A stretch of 64,000 bases of DNA, from assembly GCA_043810165.1 (NCBI GenBank), contig JBDROJ010000027.1:36974-100973 (forward strand), written 5' to 3'. Under the pieces are notes generated by a model. It searched no databases, had not been told where the DNA came from, and worked only from the letters and a program-made list of their open reading frames with translations. Below are positions 40,180 through 49,470 of the stretch, piece by piece; positions within the stretch are counted from its first letter, which is position 1, and the number at the start of each line of letters is the position of its first letter. This DNA is from a bacterium. GTDB taxonomy: Bacteria > Patescibacteriota > Patescibacteriia > Magasanikbacterales > GWA2-37-8. Made by a program: the position numbers and the translations under genes.

Positions 40180-41166
40180 ATGGAGAAATCAAATATACCA
40201 TTAATTAACCATATTCCTGACTTTCTGGAATATTGCGAGGTGGAAAAAGGGTTGTCGCCTATAACCACCCGTAATTATCATAATTTTTTAAAAACATTTG
40301 TTTCATGGTTAAAAATTTCCAAAAAAAAGGATACTAGACCCCACCAAATTACAGAAAAAGACATATGGAATTACAGGCTGTTTTTATCTAGAAAAAAGGA
40401 TGCTACTGGTCAGATATATATAAAAAAAACCACACAGAACTATTATTTGATTGCTCTTAGAAATCTTTTTAATTATCTTGCCATACGAAATATCAGCGCT
40501 ATTAATTCTGAAAAAATAAATTTACCAAAATTAACCGAAAAAGATAAAAAAATAAAATTTTTAAAATTTGAACAAATTGAAAAATTATTATCAATGCCCG
40601 ACATTGAAAAACATGATGGATTGCGAGATAGAGCTATTTTGGAAGTACTATACTCCACTGGTATGAGAGTATCAGAACTAACGTCGCTTAATATAGAACA
40701 GTTTGACACCCAAAATATTATCAAAGAGAAAACCAAAGATATGGAATTAAGCATTGCTGGCAAGGGTGGCTCAGTACGGGCAGTATATTTTTCCTCTCGT
40801 GCATTAAAATGGTTGGGAAGATACATGAATACTCGCAAAGACATGCTCTCTCCCCTATTTACAAATTACAAACAATCTTCTAATCCTGATGACGAACACC
40901 GTTTAAGCCCGCGTTCGGTTGAACGTATAGTGCGTAAATATACCATTATGGCCGGCCTACCAGTAAGTGCTACTCCACATACTCTAAGACATAGCTTTGC
41001 TACCGACTTGTTAGAGCAAGGCGCTGATTTACGCTCTGTGCAAGAACTTTTGGGACATAAAAATATTGTGACTACTCAAATTTATACCCATGTGACTAAT
41101 AAACAACTTCGTTCGGTACATAACAAATTTCATAGTGGAGGAAATAAAAAAACATTAAAAAAATGA
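40180..41166 (+). CDS. tyrosine site-specific recombinase XerC/XerD-like
   Basis: C-terminal catalytic region HTLRHSFATDLLEQGADLRSVQELLGHKNIVTTQIYTHV with the R..H..R..Y residues. Confidence 0.85.
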   Translation: MEKSNIPLINHIPDFLEYCEVEKGLSPITTRNYHNFLKTFVSWLKISKKKDTRPHQITEKDIWNYRLFLSRKKDATGQIYIKKTTQNYYLIALRNLFNYLAIRNISAINSEKINLPKLTEKDKKIKFLKFEQIEKLLSMPDIEKHDGLRDRAILEVLYSTGMRVSELTSLNIEQFDTQNIIKEKTKDMELSIAGKGGSVRAVYFSSRALKWLGRYMNTRKDMLSPLFTNYKQSSNPDDEHRLSPRSVERIVRKYTIMAGLPVSATPHTLRHSFATDLLEQGADLRSVQELLGHKNIVTTQIYTHVTNKQLRSVHNKFHSGGNKKTLKK

Positions 41167-41201
41167 TTTTAAATCTCTAAATAGTACTAAAATATTTATT
41201 T

Positions 41202-42230
41202 TTATGAATCAATAATTAAATCTAGCATATCAGAAAAACCAATACCCATCTGGCTAGCCGATTCCGGCAATAGGCTGGTTGGCGTCATGCCAGGAATAGT
41301 GTTGGTTTCAATTACATAAATTCTTTCATCTTTGGCAACAAATACATCCGTGCGCGACATGCCTTTACAATCTAAAATTTTATGAGCTTTCAGAGCTATT
41401 TCTTGGATTCTTTTATTAATCTCTTTAGAAAAATCAGCCGGACAAATATGAGTTGAACCGCCATCGTCATATTTAGAAGCTAAGTCGTAAAAATCACCCT
41501 TATTGGCAATGATATGAGTAGTTGGTGTGGCAAATGGCTTGCCGTCTCTTTCTAAAATTCCACAAGTTCCCTCTTGTCCTTCAATATATTGTTGAGCCAT
41601 TATCCAATCTGAAGTTAAAAACGAACTAATTATCGTGTCTTCTAATTTTTGTTCTTGTTTTACCAGAAACGTACCCACACTACTGCCTTGATCCACTGGT
41701 TTAATTACAACTGGAAATCCCAGTTGTTTTTTAATTTCTTCTACTAGCTCTCCCCTGTTTTGCTCCCAGTTTTGTTTTTTGAAATCAATATGATCAGGCA
41801 CTAATAAACCGTTTTGTCTGTAAATTTCAGCGGTCTTTGCCTTGTTCATGGCTAATGCACTGGCTAGTACGCCTGATCCGGTATATTTAATCCCCAAAGT
41901 CTCTAGCATACCCTGAACACACCCATCTTCACCATATGTACCATGCATAGCTATAAAAATCTTGTCTATCTGGCTATTAACTTTATTCAAAACGTGGTCT
42001 AATTTGATTAATTCTTTTGTATATGATCTGGTCTTATTAGAACTAGATCCATTTAATTGAAAATAATACTGGCCATCTAAAAAAAGCTGGCCTTGTTTAG
42101 ACATTTCAATTGGCAAAACTTCGTATTTTTCTTTATTCAAATTATCACAAATCGCTTTTCCAGTAACCAAAGAAATCTCTCGTTCTGCTGAAGGCCCTCC
42201 CATTAAAACGCCAATACATTTTTTAGGCAT
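41202..42230 (-). CDS. ddl: D-alanine--D-alanine ligase
   Basis: N-terminus IGVLMGGPSAEREISL and the ATP-grasp region. Length 342 aa. Confidence 0.9.
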   Translation of the reverse strand: MPKKCIGVLMGGPSAEREISLVTGKAICDNLNKEKYEVLPIEMSKQGQLFLDGQYYFQLNGSSSNKTRSYTKELIKLDHVLNKVNSQIDKIFIAMHGTYGEDGCVQGMLETLGIKYTGSGVLASALAMNKAKTAEIYRQNGLLVPDHIDFKKQNWEQNRGELVEEIKKQLGFPVVIKPVDQGSSVGTFLVKQEQKLEDTIISSFLTSDWIMAQQYIEGQEGTCGILERDGKPFATPTTHIIANKGDFYDLASKYDDGGSTHICPADFSKEINKRIQEIALKAHKILDCKGMSRTDVFVAKDERIYVIETNTIPGMTPTSLLPESASQMGIGFSDMLDLIIDS

Positions 42231-42232
42231 AT

Positions 42233-43474
42233 TTATTTAAGATAATTAAGAGGATTTACAGGAATTCCATTTGAGCGAACTTCAAAATGAAGATGCGGAC
42301 CAGTAACGAATGGGCCTGCACCAACTGTGCCAGGAGTTCCTCCAGAATAGCCAATAAGATCACCTTTATTTACAAACTGATCTGGTACAACGGTGATTTT
42401 GCTCATATGTCCGTATAGAGTTGAAAGACTACCTGTATGGACCAACAATACATAGCTATAACATGAAGCACTATAGCAAAGTCTTGCATGGGCCACATAT
42501 CCTGATGAAGCTGCATACAACGGCGTCCCCTGTCCTATCCCAATATCAATACCACTATGTTCAAATACATGTCGGTACGGATAATCAGGATCGTGAAAAT
42601 ATGAGGTAATATATCTACTATTTGTCGGCCAATTAAACGAGGTATCTCCCCCGCCTTGAGAAATTTTATTTTGAGCCGCTAATTTCTTCTGAATTTCTCT
42701 TTCATAAGAACTAACTTCATCCTCAATGGCTTGATATTCTGTCTTCAAATTAGCCAACAAAGTCTGGTACTGTGACTCTGACCACTGTGTTTTAGCCAAT
42801 AAGCCATTTTTATAATTAGACTGATCCTGTTGATCTTGGCGCTGTAAAACAAGTTTTTTCTTTAATTCTTCTTGATCACTCTGATATTTTTCCGACTCTT
42901 TTTTCTTGGCATCTAATTCTTCTTTGCTTAAACGCAAGCTCTTTACGGTCCTTCCAAGATCTTGATAAACTGTTTCTAAATTTTGAATTTGATCATAAAA
43001 TTCAGAGAAGCTGTTGTTAGTTAACAAAATTTCCAAATAAGACTTATTCTGCTCGCGATTTATGTTGCGCAACATATTGCCTATTATACTCTTTTGCTTG
43101 GTAATCAACTTTTCTTTACCATCTATACTTATTTTCAAAGCGTCTATTTCCAATTGCGCCTTTTGAATTTTTTCATCAGTAAGATCGATGTCAGCTTGTA
43201 TTCTGGCAACATGATTCTCTATTATACTCAATTGATTTTTAAGTGAAACTGCTTCAAGCTGTTTTTCCTTGACATTTTCTTTGTACACGGCAATACTGTC
43301 TTCTAATTGTTTAATTTTCTCTTTTCTTTCGCTAATCTTTTTATTCAATTCACCGATCTCTTGTTCTGCAGTTTGAGCAAAAGAATTTTGTACTACAAAA
43401 ACTGGTTGTGCCAACAAGCTAAAAATTAAAATTGAAATTAATATTAATATTATGCGTTTCATGTTTATTGGCAA
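42233..43474 (-). CDS. M23/LytM-family peptidase with N-terminal signal/TM and long coiled coil (EnvC-like)
   Basis: C-terminal HxxxD...HxH motif region (GIDIGIG...HLHFEVR) preceded by ~250 aa of coiled coil. Confidence 0.8.
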   Translation of the reverse strand: MPINMKRIILILISILIFSLLAQPVFVVQNSFAQTAEQEIGELNKKISERKEKIKQLEDSIAVYKENVKEKQLEAVSLKNQLSIIENHVARIQADIDLTDEKIQKAQLEIDALKISIDGKEKLITKQKSIIGNMLRNINREQNKSYLEILLTNNSFSEFYDQIQNLETVYQDLGRTVKSLRLSKEELDAKKKESEKYQSDQEELKKKLVLQRQDQQDQSNYKNGLLAKTQWSESQYQTLLANLKTEYQAIEDEVSSYEREIQKKLAAQNKISQGGGDTSFNWPTNSRYITSYFHDPDYPYRHVFEHSGIDIGIGQGTPLYAASSGYVAHARLCYSASCYSYVLLVHTGSLSTLYGHMSKITVVPDQFVNKGDLIGYSGGTPGTVGAGPFVTGPHLHFEVRSNGIPVNPLNYLK

Positions 43475-43492
43475 TATTAAGTTAGTATTATT

Positions 43493-43650
43493 CTGCCGTT
43501 GCGAGGAGTCAGGGTGTTATTGTCATTGCAAGCCTAAGCGACCCGCCTGCCAACGCCTGAAGTCAGAGGGCAATGACGGGCAGGAGCAATCTCATACTTA
43601 CTGTAGCAACGAGACTGCTCCGTCGCTACGCTCCTCGCAATGACGATGCT
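43493..43650. repeat. compound GC-rich palindromic repeat element (family 1, nested inverted repeats)
   Basis: Outer arms CGTTGCGAGGAG / CTCCTCGCAATGACG, with inner arms GTCATTGCAAGCC / GGGCAATGAC. Contains the 63-codon ORF 43452..43643, typical of repeat-derived pseudo-ORFs. Confidence 0.75.
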
Positions 43651-43679
43651 AATTTAAAAAGATTGGTATGATTTCAATA

Positions 43680-45152
43680 CTATACTACAATTCTTATGGC
43701 TTCCTCAATTCTTTGTAAAACTTTTTCTTTACCCAAAACACCAGCGATCTCAAATGGCCCTGGGGAATTCTTGCGCCCTGACAAAGCCACACGCATGGGC
43801 CAAAGCACTTCGCCATTAGTCAATTCATTTGTTTTGACCCATTCTACTATCCCCTGCTCTAGTTTTTCTTTGTCCCAGTCTTGAACACTAAATGTACTCA
43901 AATAATCTTTCAGGATTTCCAGATTTTTTTTGGTGGTTTGCTTATCGGATTTCTTCCAAATCAATAGTTCACTATCATACTCAAGCTTGCCAGCAAATAT
44001 AAAACCAACCGCTTCGGGCAAATCACTCAACTTATTCATACGCTCTTTTTCCAAAGCTACTACTTGTTCTAAATCTATATCTGTATGTCCAATATCTAGA
44101 CCTGCATTAACCAAAAATGGTTTACAGGCCTCTACCAAATCATCCAAATCCATACTGCGAATATACTGCTGGTTATACCAATCTAATTTATCTAAATTAA
44201 ATACGGCCGGAGCTTTAGAAACCTTATTAAAATCAAATTCTTTAATTAATTGCTCAAGACTAAATATTTCCCGTTCATCACCAGGATTCCAGCCCAAAAA
44301 AGCGATGAAATTAACCATGGCTTCAGGCAGATACCCGGCATCAATATAATCACGCACGCTTACATGCCCATGTCGCTTACTTAATTTTTGTTTCTTTTCA
44401 TTAACTAACAAAGATAAATGAGCATATTGAGGTAAATCCCAGCCAAACATTTTATAAAGCTGAATATGCTTTGGGGTTGATGGCAACCACTCTTCTCCTC
44501 TAATTATATGAGTAACTTCCATCAAATGGTCGTCAATTATGACTGCCAAATGATAAGTGGGAAAACCATCTGCCTTTAACAGCACCTGGTCATCAACTAA
44601 TTGATTTTTAAATTCTATTTCTCCCCTAACAATGTCCTTAATCACAGTCACCCCATCTTTTGGCATTTTCATGCGCACAATATACTCTTCTCCGGCCTCT
44701 ACTCTTTTTTTAGCCTCTTCTAGAGGTATCTCGCGACAATGGCCATCATAACCAGGAGCCATCTTGTTGACTTGTTGATATTCACGTAATTCATCCAGAC
44801 GTTCTTTGGTGCAAAAACAATGATAAGCATGGCCTTGATCTAACAATTGATCCAGATATTTTTTATAAATATCCAGGCGTTCTGATTGGATATATGGGCC
44901 ATTTTCGCCAGTTTGTGCAATATTATAGTCTTCTAATATAACTCCTTCATCAGGTTCTATACCTGCCCAAGCCAAAGAATATAACATATTTTCTACTCCG
45001 CCTTCAACATATCGTTCACGATCAGTATCTTCTACACGTAATAAAAATTTGCCATTTTGATTTTTAGCAAATAAATATTCAAACAAAGCAGTTCTCAAAC
45101 TGCCTACATGCAAAAATCCGGTTGGAGAGGGTGCAAATCGTGTTTTAATCAT
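43680..45152 (-). CDS. gltX: glutamyl-tRNA synthetase
   Basis: HIGH-region variant RFAPSPTGFLHVGSLRTAL and the KLSKR motif. Confidence 0.9.
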   Translation of the reverse strand: MIKTRFAPSPTGFLHVGSLRTALFEYLFAKNQNGKFLLRVEDTDRERYVEGGVENMLYSLAWAGIEPDEGVILEDYNIAQTGENGPYIQSERLDIYKKYLDQLLDQGHAYHCFCTKERLDELREYQQVNKMAPGYDGHCREIPLEEAKKRVEAGEEYIVRMKMPKDGVTVIKDIVRGEIEFKNQLVDDQVLLKADGFPTYHLAVIIDDHLMEVTHIIRGEEWLPSTPKHIQLYKMFGWDLPQYAHLSLLVNEKKQKLSKRHGHVSVRDYIDAGYLPEAMVNFIAFLGWNPGDEREIFSLEQLIKEFDFNKVSKAPAVFNLDKLDWYNQQYIRSMDLDDLVEACKPFLVNAGLDIGHTDIDLEQVVALEKERMNKLSDLPEAVGFIFAGKLEYDSELLIWKKSDKQTTKKNLEILKDYLSTFSVQDWDKEKLEQGIVEWVKTNELTNGEVLWPMRVALSGRKNSPGPFEIAGVLGKEKVLQRIEEAIRIVV

Positions 45153-45903
45153 GTAATTTAGATAACAAAATTCCGGCAGTTATGGCCACATTTAAAGATT
45201 CGGCTGAACCGCTTCCTTTTATAGTATACCGCTTATCCAGTAGTTTTTCAACTTGTGGATTAATTCCATGCGATTCTGAACCTAAAATATAAGCGGTCTT
45301 GATTTTTTTGTTTATTTTTAGCTCTTTTCCATTCATGGTCAAACCGGATATCTGATAACCTTTTTTCTTTAAACTAGCTAGGGTTTTGGCCAAGTCTTTA
45401 CTCTGAAATACTTTAACGCGAAAAATTGAACCCATGGTGGCGCGTACTGTCTTGGGATTGTATAAATCTACACAATCTTCAGACAAAACCACGCTATTAA
45501 CTCCAAACCAATCAGCTGTGCGAATAATAGCGCCGAGATTGCCCGGATCTTTAATACAATCTAAACAAATAATTGAATTACCGCCAATCTCATCTAACTC
45601 ATATCCAATCTGTTTTACTATAGCTAATACTCCCGGAAAAGTATCGGTATCTTTTATCTTGCCCACATCATTATCATTGCAAAAGTCTACTACTATGTGT
45701 TTTTTGTGAGCTAGATCTATTATTTTTATAAATTCTGGCTCTTGTTTCTTATTATTCTGCACAATCACTCGTTGTACCTGTGCACTCGATTCTATTGCCT
45801 CCACCATTCCTTTTACTCCCTCAACCACAAATTCACTATGCTCGCGTCGGTATTTTTTTTGTTGTAGTTTATTTATGTGCTTTAAAATTTTTGTTTGAAG
45901 CAT
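45145..45903 (-). CDS. SpoU/TrmH-family RNA 2'-O-methyltransferase (RlmB-like)
   Basis: SPOUT motifs: GNLGAIIRTADWFGV, LGSESHG and LNVAITAGILLSKL. Confidence 0.8.
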   Translation of the reverse strand: MLQTKILKHINKLQQKKYRREHSEFVVEGVKGMVEAIESSAQVQRVIVQNNKKQEPEFIKIIDLAHKKHIVVDFCNDNDVGKIKDTDTFPGVLAIVKQIGYELDEIGGNSIICLDCIKDPGNLGAIIRTADWFGVNSVVLSEDCVDLYNPKTVRATMGSIFRVKVFQSKDLAKTLASLKKKGYQISGLTMNGKELKINKKIKTAYILGSESHGINPQVEKLLDKRYTIKGSGSAESLNVAITAGILLSKLHD

Positions 45904-46655
45904 AATACTAGGTATAAAAATAAAAAAGTAGCTTTGAAAATTCTTTTTATACGTTTGGGTTGTTTAATTAAGCGATATAGCCACTCTAGACCTACTTTTT
46001 GCATCCACCTGGGAGCGCGTTTGGTTTTGCCAGAAATATAATCAAAAGCCCCGCCCACGCCCATGGCTAATTTAATACTTGATAATTTAGACAAGTTCTC
46101 ATATATCCATTTTTCTTGCTTACCATGACCAAAGGCAACAAATATAATATCCGGTTTGGTTGTGTTTATTCTTTTAATTAAGTCTTGATTTTGCTCTGAA
46201 GTTACATTCTTCAAATCCGGTCCTTTGTCATAACCAGCAATTTTTAAATTAGAGTATTTTCCATTCAATTTTTGGGTAGTTTTTTCTATCACCCGATCGT
46301 CACCAGAACCTAATAGATACACGCTTCTCCCCTGCTCTGAAGCTATTTGGCAAATATCTTGCATAAAATCTACTCCGGGAACACGTTCAAGAGATCCCTC
46401 CAATCGCTTCGCTCGGTCGGTCTGCAGGGATGACAATTTATATTTCAACCACAATCCAAACCCATCGCAAATATTCAAATCACCACTATTTAATACTTTT
46501 TTAAAATACTCGTCTTTTTGCGCATCAACCAGCATTTCCGGATTGGGCGTAAAAACCTTATGTTGTTTATCAGAATTCAAAAAACCTTCCGCCTTTTCCA
46601 AGGCTTGTTTTTTATTTACACGATCTATTCTTATTCCCATTACTTGTAGATGCAT
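45882..46655 (-). CDS. WecB/TagA/CpsF-family (GT26) glycosyltransferase carrying an in-frame half-copy of the palindromic repeat
   Basis: GT26 pattern (ICDGFGLWL...RVPGVDFM...IFVAFGHGKQEKWI). The start was trimmed to MHLQVMGIR. Residues LSSLQTDRAKRLEG are encoded by the repeat copy at 46392-46437. Confidence 0.7.
   Translation of the reverse strand: MHLQVMGIRIDRVNKKQALEKAEGFLNSDKQHKVFTPNPEMLVDAQKDEYFKKVLNSGDLNICDGFGLWLKYKLSSLQTDRAKRLEGSLERVPGVDFMQDICQIASEQGRSVYLLGSGDDRVIEKTTQKLNGKYSNLKIAGYDKGPDLKNVTSEQNQDLIKRINTTKPDIIFVAFGHGKQEKWIYENLSKLSSIKLAMGVGGAFDYISGKTKRAPRWMQKVGLEWLYRLIKQPKRIKRIFKATFLFLYLVLCFKQKF
46392..46437 (-). repeat. partial (single-arm) copy of the family-2 palindromic element inside the TagA-like CDS
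   Basis: The reverse complement TGTCATCCCTGCAGACCGACCGAGCGAAGCGATTGGAGGGATCTC aligns over ~45 nt with the 18432-18522 element. Confidence 0.7.
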
Positions 46656-46790
46656 ACTTATGATACATAATAACACAACTTGACAGGTTTTGACAATATA
46701 TGCTATTATCACTCTATAAGCAAGAGTGATAATAATCTCTTAATGATTAATACAATAATATAAATTATATTCTAAATATTTTATAAAAAT

Positions 46791-49427
46791 ATGATTCCAC
46801 AAAATTTCACTAATAAATCTCAAGAAATGTTGCAGAATGCCGCTTTAATAGCCGGCAGAAACGGCCAGCCACAGGTAGAACCCCCTCATCTGTTCTTTGC
46901 CTTGCTTGAAGACGAAGAAAGCATAGTTAATTCAACTCTGGCCAAGCTTAATATCAATACCATTGCATTAAAAGCTGAAATACAGGCCATGATTGATCAA
47001 CTTCAAAAACAAACTGGCCCGCTCACCCAGCAAGGCCCGATCAGCCAAATTATGCTTGGCCAATCAATGATATACATATTGCAAAACGCGGCTGAACAAT
47101 CTAAAAAAATGGGAGATGAATATGTGAGTGTAGAACATTTATTTTTATCTTTTTTAACAGGTAAAAATCCGGTCAGCCAAAGCTTGGAAAAGCAGGGGGT
47201 AAACCATGAGACAGTATTAAAAACTTTGGCTGAAATTCGCGGAACGCAAAAAGTGGACAACCTTGAACCGGAAACCAAATACAATGTACTAGAAAAATAC
47301 GGGCAAGATTTAACAGCCATGGCCGGTAAAGAAGAACTTGATCCAATCATCGGCAGAGATAGCGAAATCAGGCGCGTAATGCAAATTTTATCCCGCAGGA
47401 CAAAAAATAATCCTGTTTTGATCGGCGAGCCAGGCACTGGTAAAACCGCCATAGCCGAAGGATTGGCTCAAAGGATTGTGAATGGGGATGTGCCTGAATC
47501 ACTAAAAGACAAAAAAATAATTGCTCTTGACCTTGGCGCGCTTTTAGCCGGCACTAAATTCCGCGGTGAATTTGAAGACCGCCTTAAAGCAGTGCTCAAA
47601 GAAATAGAAAAATCTGCCGGTAAAATCATTCTTTTTATAGATGAACTTCATGCTATTGTCGGCGCAGGCTCTTCAGAAGGATCTGTTGATGCTTCCAATA
47701 TGCTTAAACCGGCTCTTGCCAGAGGCAAATTAAGAACCATAGGCGCAACTACCATTAAAGAGTATCAAAAACATGTGGAAAAAGATGCGGCCTTGGAGCG
47801 CCGATTCCAACCCGTGATGGTTAACGAGCCATCTAATGAAGATACTGTGGCCATTTTGCGCGGTATAAAGGAAAAATATGAAGTGCATCATGGCGTGCGC
47901 ATTACTGATTCAGCAATTATGTCAGCGGTTGAACTTTCCCAAAGATATATATCAGACCGCTTTCTGCCGGATAAAGCCATTGACTTGATTGATGAAGCAA
48001 CTTCTGCTTTGCGTATGCAGATTGATTCAATGCCGGATGAATTAGATAGTATGAAGCGCCGAATGATCAAACTGGAAATTGAAAAACGCGCTCTGCAAAA
48101 AGAAAAAGACCAAGATTCAAAAGACCGGCTAAAAAAATTAGAAAAAGAACTGGCTGAATTAAAAGAAAAAAGTTCAGAGCTGGAAGCGCGCTGGAAAAAT
48201 GAAAAAGAAGTGATAAGCCGGATTCATAGCCATAAAAAAGAAATTGACAGACTGCGCCAAGAAGCTGAGATTCAAGAACGCAAAGGCGACCTTCAAAAAG
48301 TTGCGGAAATCCGTTATGGTAAAATTCCAAATTTAACCGGAAGCATTAAAAAAGACGAGGAAAAACTGGTCAAACTGCAGAAAGATAAGGGAATTTTAAA
48401 AGAAGAAGTATCCGAAGAAGATATTGCAGGCGTGGTTTCACGATGGACAGGCATTCCCGTGGCTAAAATGTTACGGGATGAAGCCAGTAAATTGGCCAAT
48501 ATGGAAGCCGAACTTGAAAAAAGAGTGATTGGCCAGCAAGAAGCTGTCAAAGCCATCTCAAACGCCATAAGACGCTCACGCGCCGGAATATCCGAACCAA
48601 ATAGGCCTATTGGCTCATTCATGTTCTTAGGCCCAACCGGCGTGGGAAAAACAGAACTGGCCAAATCTTTGGCTGAATTTATGTTTGATACTGAAGAGTC
48701 GCTGGTGCGCGTGGATATGAGTGAATATATGGAAAAACATTCTGTCTCTAAAATAGTTGGCTCTCCCCCAGGATATATTGGGTTTGAAGAAGGCGGACAG
48801 CTAACTGAAATAATACGCCGTAAGCCATATTCAGTTATATTATTTGATGAAATTGAAAAAGCTCATCCGGATGTGTTTAATATTCTTTTGCAAATTCTTG
48901 ATGAAGGACATGTTACTGATTCAAAAGGACGGATTATAAACTTCAAAAATACAATTATAATAATGACCAGCAATCTTGGCAGTGACTTAATACTTGATTT
49001 TCACAAAAAAGGCGGGTTTGGCTTTGAAGACGGAAAGAAAAAATTCAAACACAATGAAAAAGAAATTGAAAAAACAATAATGGACAAGCTTCAAGAACAT
49101 TTCAAACCGGAATTCTTAAATCGCATTGATGAGATAACTATTTTCCATTCTTTAAATCAGCAACAAATCGCCAAAATTGTTGACTTGCAGATAGAACGCG
49201 TACAAACCAGATTAGAAGAAAAGAAAATATATTTAGAATTAGATGATACAGCAAAAAAATACCTGGCCAAAAAAGGGTATGATCCAGATTATGGCGCAAG
49301 GCCGTTGAAACGAGTAATCCAAAATGAATTAATGGATGAATTGGCTATGATGATAATTGAAAATAAAATTAAACCCGGAGAAAAAATAAAAGTAAGCGCT
49401 AAAAAAGACAAACTTGAAATCAGGTAA
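46791..49427 (+). CDS. clpB: ClpB disaggregase chaperone (two AAA+ modules plus middle coiled-coil domain)
   Basis: Two Walker A motifs (GEPGTGKT and GPTGVGKT), a middle coiled coil, and C-terminal sensor-2 region GARPLKR. Confidence 0.9.
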   Translation: MIPQNFTNKSQEMLQNAALIAGRNGQPQVEPPHLFFALLEDEESIVNSTLAKLNINTIALKAEIQAMIDQLQKQTGPLTQQGPISQIMLGQSMIYILQNAAEQSKKMGDEYVSVEHLFLSFLTGKNPVSQSLEKQGVNHETVLKTLAEIRGTQKVDNLEPETKYNVLEKYGQDLTAMAGKEELDPIIGRDSEIRRVMQILSRRTKNNPVLIGEPGTGKTAIAEGLAQRIVNGDVPESLKDKKIIALDLGALLAGTKFRGEFEDRLKAVLKEIEKSAGKIILFIDELHAIVGAGSSEGSVDASNMLKPALARGKLRTIGATTIKEYQKHVEKDAALERRFQPVMVNEPSNEDTVAILRGIKEKYEVHHGVRITDSAIMSAVELSQRYISDRFLPDKAIDLIDEATSALRMQIDSMPDELDSMKRRMIKLEIEKRALQKEKDQDSKDRLKKLEKELAELKEKSSELEARWKNEKEVISRIHSHKKEIDRLRQEAEIQERKGDLQKVAEIRYGKIPNLTGSIKKDEEKLVKLQKDKGILKEEVSEEDIAGVVSRWTGIPVAKMLRDEASKLANMEAELEKRVIGQQEAVKAISNAIRRSRAGISEPNRPIGSFMFLGPTGVGKTELAKSLAEFMFDTEESLVRVDMSEYMEKHSVSKIVGSPPGYIGFEEGGQLTEIIRRKPYSVILFDEIEKAHPDVFNILLQILDEGHVTDSKGRIINFKNTIIIMTSNLGSDLILDFHKKGGFGFEDGKKKFKHNEKEIEKTIMDKLQEHFKPEFLNRIDEITIFHSLNQQQIAKIVDLQIERVQTRLEEKKIYLELDDTAKKYLAKKGYDPDYGARPLKRVIQNELMDELAMMIIENKIKPGEKIKVSAKKDKLEIR

Positions 49428-49437
49428 ATAATCACAA

Positions 49438-49466
49438 TTAAAAACCCCGGTTCATGGACCGGGGTT
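49438..49466. terminator. bidirectional rho-independent terminator (clpB and the convergent minus-strand gene)
   Basis: AAAACCCCGGTtcatggACCGGGGTTTT. Confidence 0.65.
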
Positions 49467-49470
49467 TTGA

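Noticed and set aside
40128-40180. dif site upstream of xer
   Set aside because: The repeats are direct, not the inverted 11-6-11 architecture of dif. They are noted only as a low-interest finding.
43452-43643. 63-aa ORF MRFMFIG...SLRSSQ
   Set aside because: It is encoded almost entirely by the palindromic repeat element at 43493-43650. The peptide (CHCKPKRPA..., SLRSSQ) is characteristic of repeat-derived pseudo-ORFs.
47003-47452. 149-aa minus-strand ORF inside clpB
   Set aside because: It is antisense to a highly conserved AAA+ gene and has no SD or motifs.
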